Source of the DNA: Saprolegnia diclina VS20
Taxonomy: Eukaryota
Assembly (NCBI RefSeq): GCF_000281045.1
Contig: NW_008246093.1
Coordinates: 638,561-702,560, forward strand
Reading direction: 5' to 3'
Length of the DNA stretch: 64,000 nt
Shown here: one piece after another, positions 11,983-23,868 of the stretch
Numbering within the stretch: the first letter of the stretch is position 1
Layout of the letters: the number at the start of each line of letters is the position of its first letter
Translations under genes and position numbers: made by a program
Notes under the pieces: model-generated
What the model was told of the DNA's origin: nothing
Databases searched by the model: none
The model's input: the letters and a program-made list of their open reading frames with translations, nothing else

Positions 11983-12190
11983 AATTGATGAAATCCGTGT
12001 CAGCGGGGTTCGATGCGTAGACCAGTCGTCCGCCGTTTTGGGTCGACCCGGAAGGTCCTTTGTCCCCACCGACACCCGCCGTCAAGCATTCGTTTCCCGC
12101 AAAGACCGATCATTTTGGCCGTAAAAAGTGCTCTTGGTACGACTAGTCGAGTCGAATAAATGACAACTATTGTACATAATACAAGGCTAA

Positions 12191-12824
12191 CTAGAAATGA
12201 GTGAGGCGGGAACGCAACGGTCGCCAGACGTGGCGCTGGAGAAAGGACGTGGGCGACGTTTCTTGGTCCCGGCGGATCTGCTGGAGCGCCTTGAGCACGC
12301 GCCGCTGCTTGTACTCCTTTGCAAAGCGGATGGCCGCGTCGAGTCGGAACCAGTGCGGCTGCGGCTGGTGGCGCCAGAGGTACAGCACGCAGTAGACGTG
12401 GTCGTTGCGCACGGCGTACAGCAGTGCTTGGCGCGAGCAGCCTTCGTTGCGGAATTGGTGCAGAAACCGCAGACACTCCATTTGCCCGTACGCGGCTGCA
12501 TAGTCCATCGCACGCGTCGTGCAGCCTACTTGGCTCGCCTTGTGCAGGAAGAGGAGCACATCGACTTGGCCGTGCATCGCAGCTACGTCCATGGCGCGGT
12601 CGTTGTCCCACACAGGCAGCAGTCGCCGCACCGTCTTTAGATCACCGTTTGCGATCGCCTTGTGGTAGACAAAGCTACAAGTATGGGGATGATGGCGTCG
12701 ATGGCGTTGGGCGTACGTACTGCGGATCGTCGTGGCTGGTCAAGCAGTACATGTCCTGCTCGTCGACCGTCGCCACGCAGGGCTGAGGCGCGTGCAAGAA
12801 GGCGGCGTTGCGCTGATCTGGCAT
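12191..12824 (-). CDS. Small ankyrin-repeat protein (2 exons)
   Basis: MPDQRNAAF... splices to FVYHKAIANGDLKTVRRLL...AMDVAAMHGQ...CTTRAMDYAAAYGQ. An INR/FPR-like TCCATTTTCGATTTTCC lies upstream. Confidence 0.78.
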
Positions 12825-13398
12825 CGGCTAAAGTCGTCGATGCGTCGGAAAATCGAAAATGGAAAGCCACTGCAGCTCCATTATCGCCGACATGTCGCAG
12901 CATACGCGATCACGTTGCAAGGACTGCCGTGGAAGAGAGATGCGCGTGTTTGGGGTGTATAGCGCTGGCGGGTTGTCCTGTTGAGTGAGAAGGCAAGGTG
13001 TCGCCGTCCGCAGGACGAGAGCCCTGTGCTCGCAGCAGTGAGAGCTTCGAGAAGACCTGATCTCATGGACGTGGGACATGACGTGGCAGCATATGCTGCG
13101 TCCTTTCGTCGTGCTGCGATATGACTGGCGGACTGCAATGAAAACCATCGGAAGCTTCAAGAACGCTGCTTCCGACCTTCTTCTTCGGGCGGACCAAGGG
13201 ATATTCCTTGGGGCGGACTGCCTGCAGTTGTTGCCGATGAGCAAAGGCCGGCTCTCACCATGCTCGCTACTGAGGACTCCTTCCCATGTTCGCCAGGCGG
13301 TTCAACCTTTCCGGTTGGATTTGCAGGCTTAGATCTTCTCAGACCAATGTCTGACAAGTACTATTCGATCGGCTTTGGAATCTTATTCTCAATAACAA

Positions 13399-14163
13399 CT
13401 ACGGATTGCTCAAAAGAAGCACTTGGTACCAGTGCTTCTTGGAGACAGGCGAGGTTGAGAGTCGCTCCAGGATGGTGACGACGGGCCAGTGCTGGTGGCG
13501 TCTCGCTATGGCTTCGGCCTGACGCAGATAGACCCAGCGCGGCGACGGCGGATGCGACAAGAGAAACTCGACGCACTCGACGTGGCCGCCGGCCGCCGCG
13601 TACGTGAGCGCTTGCTGGGAGCAGCCTTCGTCTCGGTGGGCGCTCAGGAAAGCGAGGCAGGCGACGTGGCCGTAGGCTGCTGCGTAGTCCATCGTCCGCG
13701 TCGTGCAGCCGGCGTGGCCGCGCAAGTGCAAGTACATGAGCACGGCCAGCTGGCCCCAGATAGCCTACTCGAGCATGTGAGCACGGGATACAGCGCCAGA
13801 AGCAAGAGGATACCGCGACGTCCATGGCGCGGTCGCTGTCAAAGTACGGAAGCAGGTCACTGACGCCGACGAGGTGGCCGTCCGCGATGAGCTGGTGGAA
13901 GGCGTAGCTAGCAGCCATGAGCTTTGTACATACATCGTGGTCGTACTGGGTGTCGCGGCTGCTGCGGAGGCAGAGCTGCTGCTGGACGGTGCTCGTTGGC
14001 CGAGGCCGGGCGGCGCGCAAGTGGCGGGCCACTGCCCATCTAGAAGGCGAGGACGTCAGCGATGCGCAGCCGTCGGTCGGACGCACCGCAGACCGTGCTG
14101 GTACGAGGCTACCTCGTGCACGAGGCTCGGGTTGCGCAGGACTGACGTCGACGCCGGCTCCAT
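13399..14163 (-). CDS. Small ankyrin-repeat protein (about 4 exons), paralog of 12191
   Basis: MEPASTSVLRNPSLVHEVASYQHGLR..., then DSDRAMDVA and GCTTRTMDYAAAYGHVACLAFL...EGCSQQAL. Shares an intron position with the neighbouring gene. Confidence 0.75.
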
Positions 14164-14445
14164 CGCAAAACTCAAAAATCGGCTTTTTGAGCCAAAAAAG
14201 CACCGTCCGTGGCAGGTCCGCACCGGATACTACATACCACCTCCCAAGCAGCCGCCGACGCCACGACCTCCCAACCTCCTACCTCGCTGCCCTCGCCGCT
14301 GCTGCTATAGTATGCAGGCGTAGGCTCGCCGCGTCAGTCCGCCCAACCGGCTGCGCCCCTTTGACGATGCCATCCCATCTGCTCTGCCCAAGACTGCGTA
14401 GCGTGCAACGGTCCGTGTTGGCCGACGTTGGGATAAGCTCGCTGC

Positions 14446-15863
14446 CTACTGAAAGAGCTCGGGCGTCTGGTCTTCGACGTACAGCAGCGTCTCGTTGACC
14501 TTGGCGCCCCACGCACCGAGGCGCGCCTGCAGTTCGCCGAGCTGGTCCTTCTCCAAGACGCGCGGCTACGCACAGGTTGAACCTGAACGACGAGTGCAGA
14601 GACCTAGGGCTGTGTACCTGGACCCACTGCACCGACACGATCGCGTCGACTTGGTCGATCGAGCCCTTGATCAAGCCGAGCGAGAGCGCGCGCATGACAA
14701 GCCACTCGACCTGGTTGAGCGGGAGGCGCGTCGCGGCCGCAATGTCGGCAAACGCAATGTTGCGCTCGTTCGACGGGCGGTGGAAGATGAGCACCATGAG
14801 CGCGAGCAAAGCGACCTTCTCCTTGACGTAATCTTCCTTGTTGACGAGCGCCGGCTACAACGCATGGGGTCGCGAGACTGGCAGAGGGAATGGCCTACCT
14901 GGGCGTTGTACTGGGCACGATTGTTGCCGACAATGATGTTGAACTGGTCAATGTCACCGCGGTTGAAGGCGTGCAAGAGGTCCGAGAGCCACTCCTTGTC
15001 CGTCCCTTTGAGCGCCCCCAAGATGGGTGTTGCCAGCTAGCTCAAGTCATGAGCGATCGCAAGAGGCTGGAGGCAACGTACGACTTCGCCAAAGTTGAAG
15101 ACGTCTTCGCCCGTCAGCGCCGCGACGCTGAGGTTGATCGCGAGCGAGAAGCACTCGGCGGGCTTGATGTCGTCGTAGAGCGAGTACGCAAGGAACATGA
15201 GCGCGCTCTTGTAAAACTTGTCGGCCGGGCTATGCATGCAAGGATCGTTCGAGGGTAGGAGGAGAAGGCGTGGGAGCGTACCCGACGGCCGAGTAGTACT
15301 CGCATGCAACGCGGTAGTAGGCCGCGTGCACGAGCGGGTCGGCGCCGACAAGGCCCTCGACAGTCTCCTTGTTCTCGGCGAGGAGCGCCTTGACCTCGGT
15401 CGTCTGCGAAAGGCGCAGCTGGTAGCTGGCCATATACATGCGGCACATCAAGACAGACTCGATGGCATGCGGGTTGACAGTCGTGTGCGACGAGACCGAG
15501 CTCTTCTTCGTGTGCAGATGCGTGAGGATGCCATTGAGGAAGGCGACGGCCTGCGCGGGCTCTATACATGGCATGAGGATCCAAGGAGCGGCGAACGGCG
15601 CCGCGCCTACCCGTGTAGCGCGTGGCAATGTCGCCGCAGATGCGGATGAGCGAGAGCTGATTGATCTTGTCCTGGAAGGTCGCAATGAAGCGCGTGTAGA
15701 GGTCGACCCAGTTGCTGCCGACGGACGTCGTCTCGTCCTTCACAAAGGCGAGGAGCTCCGTCGTGAGCTCGTGGTACAGCTTCCGCGTGTAGAGCTCGCC
15801 GAGGCTCGCGTAGCGCGCGGCCAGCGCCGGGTACTTGGCCTGTTCCTCGCGCAAGAAGTCCAT
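14446..15863 (-). CDS. PSMD13: 26S proteasome non-ATPase regulatory subunit 13 (Rpn9), multi-exon
   Basis: Motifs LY.RKLYHELT..L, ALTGEDVFNFGE and the PCI-domain VEWLVMRALSLGLIKGSIDQVD.IV.V.WVQPRVL; ends VEDQTPELFQ*. Confidence 0.93.
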
Positions 15864-16648
15864 CCTCGTGTCGTGACCCCAAATATGACTGTGGAATCCA
15901 CCCTGCAATTGGCCATTTTGGCCAATCATTGCATCGGTATCCTGGTCCCAACCCTCCTTTTTAACCAATCCTACGCCGCCAAGGCATTTGGATTTCAACC
16001 AATCCCAACGCGCGCTTCATCGAATGTATGCAATGTGCAAGGACCTTCGAGACCTAATATAGTGTTAAAAACACGGCTGTTTTATACAAACGCAAAGATA
16101 CACGGCGATGCCACAGACAGTGGTGTCGCGCGCGGCTACTGCCCCCCATCATCACTCGACCTGGTCCGAACTCGACGACGATAGGTCAATGGCGCCAGAG
16201 CCGCTACCTACCTTCGCAGCCAATAATGCCCCAAACCAGAAAAGCTAGAGTCGCCACGCTAGACACACTCGGTGCAATCAGCATCGTAGCCCTTCTTCGG
16301 CAAGGGTCGTCAGGCGTGACGCGCCCAAGTAGCCACGCGGCTATGTCTGTCCACAGTGGCGCTAGCCTGTGGCGCTATCACCACTGGCGGCACGAAAATC
16401 GTTGGCGCTGTCAGCTCGCGCTACAGCTAAGATCTGATAGCCGAGCCCAGGCGCAGCAGTGCTCAAGCAGTAGCGAGGCCAGGGCTTCAAAGAAGAGGGC
16501 ATAGGAGCATCAAGCATGAAGCGTGGTATCCTTCTCCTCCGAACGACCACCGACTCATGCAACGCCACGTTGCCGTCCGATGCATCCCACCGTTGCGCAG
16601 TGTGTATTTTTCGAGACGGTGGCATTTGTATAAAACACATCTTGCGTC

Positions 16649-17341
16649 ATGACCGCAGTGTTGAGCAACGCGGGCCTCCTCCGGCTCATCGTGCAGTTCC
16701 AACACGGCGTGTACGAAGACCTCTTGCCGTGGCGCAAGGAGGCCGCGGCCATGGACACGGCGTGGCACCCGTCTGTGCAAGGCCTAATGTACACGCACCT
16801 GCCGCAGCGCTTCTTGCACCTCCCATACACGTCCGAGCACGTTCTCTTTTTGCCCCAAGCAGTCTTGCTGCCCGCGCGCCACCTGAACCTGAGCTCGACC
16901 GAGCGCGACCCGCGCCTCCCGCTGCACATTGCCATCATCGACGGCGACACGCGGCGCATTGGCCGCTGGCTCGACTGCTACCCGCAGTGGGCCTCGCCGC
17001 AGGCGCTCGACCTCGCCGCGCAGGTCGGCCACCTTGACGTCGTCGTCTACCTACACACGCACCGCGTCGACTGCACGACAAACGCCATGGACTACGCAGC
17101 AGGCAATGGCCACCTTTCGATCGTGCGCTTCTTGGCCGAACACCGCAAGGAAGGCTGTACCGAGAACGCCATGTACGATGCGGCCATGTACGGGCACCTC
17201 CCGGTCGTCGAGTACCTCTATGCGGCCGGTTTGGCCCGCTGCTCGTCGATCGCGCTCATGCACGCGACGTGGCACCAGCACAACGCGGTCGCTGCCTTCA
17301 TCCACGCCCACTGCGACGACCCGATCCCGCCGCCGTTGTAG
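16649..17341 (+). CDS. Ankyrin-repeat protein, intronless
   Basis: CTTNAMDYAAGNGHLSIVRFLAEHRKEGCTENAM; the RDPRLPLH.AI motif is shared with the large paralogs. Confidence 0.88.
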   Translation: MTAVLSNAGLLRLIVQFQHGVYEDLLPWRKEAAAMDTAWHPSVQGLMYTHLPQRFLHLPYTSEHVLFLPQAVLLPARHLNLSSTERDPRLPLHIAIIDGDTRRIGRWLDCYPQWASPQALDLAAQVGHLDVVVYLHTHRVDCTTNAMDYAAGNGHLSIVRFLAEHRKEGCTENAMYDAAMYGHLPVVEYLYAAGLARCSSIALMHATWHQHNAVAAFIHAHCDDPIPPPL

Positions 17342-18092
17342 TTGCCATCCTCCTGCTAATTGAACCCGTCAGTGTTGTACTCTACGCTCTGGTTGCCATG
17401 GCGATTCGTGTGCCTCCACGACCCTCCACCCGAGACGCTGGACCGCAGGTCTTGATGCCACCCGGTTCTTTGATGCGTATGTAGTACCTCTGAGAACCGC
17501 ACGCCAGACAGCGTCCATGGCGTTCTTCGCGTAGGAGAGAGGAATTACGTGTCCGACCTCGCAGATCTGACACGAATAGTTGAAGTAGTTACACGAGCTA
17601 GAGCGCTCACCTAGATGACAACTCGACTCGGTGGATCCTAGCCACAAGCATCCAGCGCCTTGGACCATCACCTTGTTATGCGTGACGGCGTTATCGTCGA
17701 GTGCAAAGGACTACAAGTTGGCAGCCGTCGGGTCGATACCAAGCATTTTCTGGGTGGATGGCTCTTGGTAAAGTCTTCTCGTCCTCGGAGACTCCAGCGC
17801 TGAGCCCTGGCAGCGTAGCCACGGGCTTCGTTTGCACCTCGTTGCGTTACGAAGTGGCGCGAGAGCGTTACGCTCGGCTGCAAGATCTCTTGCTCGCATG
17901 TCTCAGTACGAGCCCGTCGTTTCTCGATACTGTCTTCATGGCACTAATTTAGAAACGCTGATTCGCTCGATTTCGCATTTGAGACGGTTCTGAGAATAGG
18001 CGTTGATAATGGCGTGCGATTAGACCCGATCAAGATGACGGCCAAACGGCCGAGAACAACCCGAATATTTGGTCCTACGACCAGAGCGCAAT

Positions 18093-19225
18093 ATGCCCCG
18101 AGGAAGCAGCGACCGGGAGGCCAAGGCCCACGACGACTGCGACGACGAGACCAAGAGCTGCGCGAGCTACGACGACCGCACGAGTGACGAGGACGACGAT
18201 GACCGCCCGGACGCGGGGCCGCCCACAGGCCGCCGCCTCACAGCCCGCCGCCACACGGGTAGAGGCTATCATGCATCTAGCCGAGGCTGATGCGATCTAG
18301 TGATGGCGGCGCCGCTCGAGCTTGAGCGCGGCTGGATGCCGCCGCGGTACCCCAAGAGCGCGAGCGAGAAGAGCGACATTCGCAAGGCGCTCGCGCACAA
18401 CTGCCTCTTTGCGCACCTCGACGACTGCGCCCGCGACATCATCATCGACGCGATGCAGCAGCGCTTGCACGACAAGGGTATGCATTCCCATATGCAAGTT
18501 CGCGTGGCATTGGCACATGGCGTAGGCGACGTGATCATCCGGCAAGGCGACGACGGTGATACGTTCTACCTCCTCGCCAAAGGCGGCGTGGACTTTATCA
18601 TTGACCGCGAGATCATCGGGTCGTGCGAGGCCGACACGCGGAACAACCACTTTGGCGAGCTCGCGCTGCTCTACGACGCGCCGCGGTCGGCGACGGTCCA
18701 AGCTGCGACCGACGTGGCGACGTGGGCGCTGGACCGCGAGACGTTCAAGAAGGTGCTCATGGACACGACGCTCAAGCAGTGCAAGCTGTACGCGGCCTTC
18801 TTGGCCGAGGTGCCGATCCTCGCCGTGCTCTCGCCGTACGAGAAGCGGACGCTCGCGGATGCGCTCAAGCCCGTCTTTTGCGAGCAAGGCCAAGTCATCC
18901 TCGAGGAGGGCACGCGCAGCGACGATTTTTATATTATTTCCGACGGTGAAGTCAAGTGCACGAAGAACGGCGTCGAGGTGTCACGCCCGCTCGGCAGCGG
19001 CGACTTCTTTGGTGAAATTGCTCTCATTTCCAACGAAGTGCGCCAAGCAACGGTACGTCATATCGATCATGACAGCTGAGAACGCGGGCGTAGGTCACGG
19101 CCGTGCGCGATACGACCGTGCTCGTGATCGATCGAGAGACGTTCAAGCGGCTGTTAGGACCGATGGAGCTCCACCTACGCAACCACGCGAGCTTGTACGA
19201 CCAGTACATTGGTCATCGGAAATAA
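18093..19225 (+). CDS. cAMP-dependent protein kinase regulatory subunit (4 exons)
   Basis: Two cyclic-nucleotide-binding domains with FGELALLYDAPRSATV and FGEIALISNEVRQATV. The spliced linker reads RRHTV (inhibitor site). C-terminal FKRLLGP. Confidence 0.9.
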
Positions 19226-19607
19226 CGTTGATTCAACAACTACCGTACTACAACGCTGCCCAGTCGCCAGGCAATGACGTGGGGATGGCAATGATCCATG
19301 TTGAAGTTGAAGCAAGCCACTTTGAGGATTGGGTGCGCTCTTTCTCTTTACGCACCTATTGAAAGGGGTCGGTTTCTTAAAAGGGAGCACCTGTTTGCGA
19401 GAAATGGTGCGCGCCGGATAAAAAAGGTGCTATTTTCGCGGACGCACGCCATGTGATAGAAAGGCCGTTCAGCAAGATCAGCAGACACGCTGCCTGGCGC
19501 CGTGCCAAATTGCTAGCACACAAGAAACGAACTATATGTATATATGAACGTGTTTCGCTTTATCTTCATAACCACAAAGACGCCGCATACGTAGAGACTA
19601 GCAATCG

Positions 19608-19920
19608 CTTTCTTCTTCATTCGCTCGCCGGTCCGTGGCTGCGCAGGCGGTGGCGTGGGGTCGTCTGGCTCTTCTGTCGTCGCCCTACGACGCTTGTGGC
19701 CGCGGGTGAGGCACTGGATGACATGGTCGGTCAAATCTTTCCAGGCTTCGCGGTCGGCGGCAAAGCTACGCAGTTTGTCAAGGTCGTCGGAAGACGCCAG
19801 CGACTGAGGCGGCGTCAGCGACTGGAGGTCGCGGTGCAGGACGATCGGCAGCGTGATCTTGGTGCGTCCTAAGAAACGGGGCGCCTCGGATGGGGCAAAG
19901 AAGCGGTCCGCAGCCACGGC
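19608..19920 (-). mobile_element. 5'-truncated 3' fragment of an RTE-like non-LTR retrotransposon
   Basis: The minus frame reads GRTKITLPIVLHRDL...LRSFAADREAWKDL, like an RTE ORF C-terminus (A.DR..W), and is followed by a GAAGAAGAA tail. A second diverged copy lies at 50776-50995. Confidence 0.55.
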
Positions 19921-19938
19921 TAGCTCGCTAAAATCAGG

Positions 19939-20548
19939 CACATGTACTACGGGGCAACAGGTCACACGAGTCATAGGAGCCGACAAAGCTACCACCCCTC
20001 CAACTTGTGGGACGCTCTTGTGTGATGTACCTACTGAGTGAGACGACGTGTGCTCGAACGAGCTACGATAGCTTCAAGATAAGACGATGGGATACGCTGG
20101 ATAGGATAGATAGATACGACGGATAGCAAGAGTAGCAGCGCCAACCAACCCGAGCACCGCCACCGGCTCCCCCTTTAAGAGGTAGCAGTGCTACCCGATT
20201 CACACGCGCACGAGGGCATGTGCCTGGTCATGCCGATGGCGGGCTCGAATTGGCGACTGCTGCTGTTTTTGTGTAGAGTCGAAGGACCCTTTCCCGTTGT
20301 GGCGCTGGCTACCAAGGGAGAATCGTGAGAGGTTTTTACGCTGTGGAATACCTTCCACGGACGGCGGAAACGGGACCGCAGCTACGGGACTGAAGCGCGT
20401 ACCGTTGGCTTACGAAGCAGAAATCCACCGACAAGACTAATGGTGCTCGACACAATCGGAGCTCCAACATGGCATCTGATGAGTTGGAAGATGCAAATCC
20501 GTAGGGACCTGTGTCGAAATCGGTGGCCTGGGATACCTGCGAGCTAGC
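19939..20548 (-). mobile_element. Truncated copy of the LTR-like repeat (inverted relative to 26297-26914)
   Basis: A ~610 bp reverse-complement match to 26297-26914 with long identical tracts. Confidence 0.85.
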
Positions 20549-20749
20549 ATGTTGCGGACGTCTCCTGTGAACAAGACCGACGCGGCAACAAAGCTCCAAT
20601 ACAAGTTGAGTAACTTGTATTGGACCGACAGCCAGGTGCGATCCAATATACTGGCCAAGAGACACTGTTTGCACTATTTCATACAGTGTATTTCCTGCAA
20701 AACACTGCGTTCAATTCGAATCTTGCATCCGGTCGACATCGCGCTCGTC

Positions 20750-23114
20750 ATGGCCGAGGAGTGGGGCGACTGGCCGATCGACGACGACAACACGCAGCTG
20801 GTGGACCTCCACCCGTTCTGGGACCTCGAGCGTCAGCACCAGCGCTGCCAAGCCGCCTACCGCCAGCTTATCGATGCGTCGTTCTGCACCTCTGGTCGAT
20901 GCCCTCACCCGGACGTGCGCCTTGGCAACGTCTTGCTACCATGGCCGCTCACACCAACGGACGTCGCCAGTCTCGTCCAGGAGTACTCGGCAGGCTGTAT
21001 TCCGCCTTCCCTCTGCGCTCTTGACCCTGCTTGGTCGAGTCGTCTTCACACGCAGGTCCAAGCCTTTCTCGGTCGCGGTGGAGTGCACAACTGTGCGCTG
21101 CAACTGCGCTGCATCTGGCTCGGCGGCGCGACGCTGCTACCAGCCACAGGCTTTGCCGCTGTCTACGTCCTCCTCACACCCGAGCGCGACGTGTGGCAGC
21201 TCCGCTACAAGAGCATTCGCACAACCCACTACATGGCTTCGACGTGCACTGGCGCCGTGCCATGGCTCTGCATGTACGGCCACGAGCGCCCTACCTTTGA
21301 CGATGACGCAGCGCGCGTTCTCTTGGTGTTTGACGTCACGTCCTGCGGCGCGATCCCGACGCTCCCAGCGTCGCTCAAGGCAGCCATCAAAAAGTTCAAG
21401 ATCGTCGGAAAGGACATCCTCGCACCTTGCGGCCGCTTCGTGTACGGCTGCCAGCCAGGCGTGTCACTGGACGACCCAACGAGTCTGTCGTGTGTCGACC
21501 GTGATTTCTTTGCCGCGCTGACGAAAGCCACGGGGCTGGAGATTCTCCTCGCCCGCTTCGCTCCGTCGGCGGATCGAACGCAGCTGGTTGTCGAGGCCGT
21601 TGTGCCACTGCCCAAGTACCACCCGGCGCCTTGCTTCCGCGACGCTCTTGTCGGCCTTTCCGTGCAAACGTGGTTTGGCGCTCGCCCTAAGAGCAACCTC
21701 CAGAACGTCCATGCACTCATCTACCCGCGTTCGACAGCACTGCGCCTCCTCGGCTTCGAGACGACCATGGACTTGCTCGCTCGCGGCAAGCCGAGCTTGA
21801 GTCCGCTCCTCTCTTGCTGCAGCAGCATCGACGACGTGATGAGCAAGACCATGATGGCTCTTTGCGCCGGACGCTGCCCACGACAGTGCCAGCAACGCCG
21901 CGTCACGGCAAGCGCGTTTCTGCGACGTTCTTCGTACGCAAGCAAGCGTGCTGGGCTTCGACGGCCTTGCACAAGCACAAGCCTTTGTGAAGAAGATCGT
22001 CCGCATCAGCCATAGCGAGGTGGCGTCGGCCGTCGCCGCCGTCATTGCGTACTATGGCTGGTCGCCTCTCGAGCCAGCAATTCTTGCCATGGTCCGTCGC
22101 ACCGGGAGCTTGCACCGAACGTGCTTTCTTCCGACACTCGAGATGCTTTTAGCTATGTACGGGATCACTTGCAGCAGCAACATCCTCGTGCTCCGACCAA
22201 CGAGATTAAGCAGCCCGATCGAAGCGATCATGGAGGGCCTCTGGCCCCTGCGCTGCGACTCCTCCGAGCGCTTGGATCACGTCCAGATCCTCTCGGCCGT
22301 CTTGCGCTTGGAAGCGTTCTTTGCGCGACCATCGGTGGCGCCCCGGTTCGCCGGCTGCTTGGCGACGCTCGTCCCAGCGCAGGTTGAGCAGCACATCTGG
22401 ACGTTTGTCCGTCGACCCACGACGCTCTTGCTCGTGGTTCAGACCAGTCGCATCTACAGCTCGGTCGACGTGCTGGCGTCGGCGCTGTGGCCGCTGGAGG
22501 AGCACCCGCCAATGACGCGCCAGCTACTCCTCACAGCCATCGATGCGCTGGACTCGGACGCCATGATCCACAACGTCGAGAATCTCGGCGAATTCCTCAA
22601 GCTTATGGCGCAGTACGCCCTTTTGCCCAAGCTCTCGCTGCAGGCGTGGCGTCATCTCGGCCTCAGCGTCATTCCAGCGCTCTGCGTCGTGGCCACCACG
22701 ACATCGACGGCAGACACCGCGCTGCTCTCGAAAGCCATGCACGCTCTCTACGTCACCTGCCTGAGCGACAGCTATGACCCCGCTCTCCACGAGCACAATG
22801 CGAAAAGCGCGTCCTCCAAGCGGCGCCGCGACGACGGCGACATACCCCAGCACCTCCTGCTGGATGTGGTGAGCTTCTTCAGCGCGCACGATCCCGTGGC
22901 GCTTTATGCGTTCACGCAGTGGCTCGCAGCAACCGATCGACGGACGTTGCAGATCCTTGCGGCAGTGACGATGGCACTGGGCGAGCTGGGCCACCGAGAT
23001 GCGGCGGCGCCCTTGGCCCACGCCGCTTTAGAACTGTGCAACTGCGGCTTCTGCGGTGGCCCGTCTTGTGCGTCGGGCTTCCTCCGTGAGCGCGTGACGC
23101 GTCGTCGCAAATAG
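20750..23114 (+). CDS. Hypothetical protein with a degenerate 2OG-Fe(II)-oxygenase-like N-terminus; frame switch near 21860
   Basis: ORF 20549 (from MAEEWGD) and ORF 21948 overlap in different frames. F..SG...P......PL and P.W...L...V..FLG, plus RVLLVFDV, recall fungal/oomycete 2OG-oxygenase-domain proteins. The break is a frameshift or a weak intron. Confidence 0.5.
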
Positions 23115-23868
23115 GTTGCCCCAAGAACAACGAGTCTCGATATCCCCAGTTCTGGTCGACAGAGCCCCAACTAGTTTGCAGTACCTTGAGCTTGACGGCG
23201 AAGTGGAAGTAACCACCGATGCATTTATTTCCCATCGCACGAGAGATCGAGGTGTACTCTTCGAGAGAGTTTTGCAGCACCCAGCATACACTTGCATTTC
23301 AGGTTGCGTGTGAATAGTCTCGCGAAACCTTTACAGGCTCATCATCGGTATGCCCGCGCCACGCGCAACGACATTGCTGGACAACATACCTCGTACTGAT
23401 ATCGAGTGGTTTACGCTCGTTGTAGAATACGACAATGATCGATCGCGCCATCTGTGCTATGCAACAAATGGACCACGCCAACCGACGCGCCACGAGCACT
23501 AACTACACGCCCCTTTAGCCGGCCAAACCCGCTGACTACGCCGGAAGCCGCATCTGCATTTGGGCTGATCGCACACTTCAAGACGTCAACACAGACCTAC
23601 TTTGGCTCTGTGTGGCTCGTGTCAGCACGACTGCCAAACGACAGCGTTCGCCAGCGCGCTATCGCAGCCCTCGTCGCACGCATGCTAGTACGAGCACGCT
23701 TGAAGGAAAGCAGCATTTGTGCGACGGCAGCACCAAGGTCTGCCACGTGTGCTGGATCAATGTCGCGTCACTGGCTGGCGCATCTGTCTCGTCACCTGTC
23801 CTCCGCGCCAGCGTCGCATGAGGCACTTGGACTGGGCAACAACATAGTACAATGGCCAAGTTGGTCGA

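Noticed and set aside
20476..20530. Hammerhead-ribozyme-like CTGATGA...GAAA in the LTR-like repeat (also at 26320-26370, minus strand)
   Set aside because: Stem II does not pair beyond one base pair, the candidate stem III gives C instead of U at 16.1, and no stem I forms. GCATCT/AGATGC pairing would also sequester the core.
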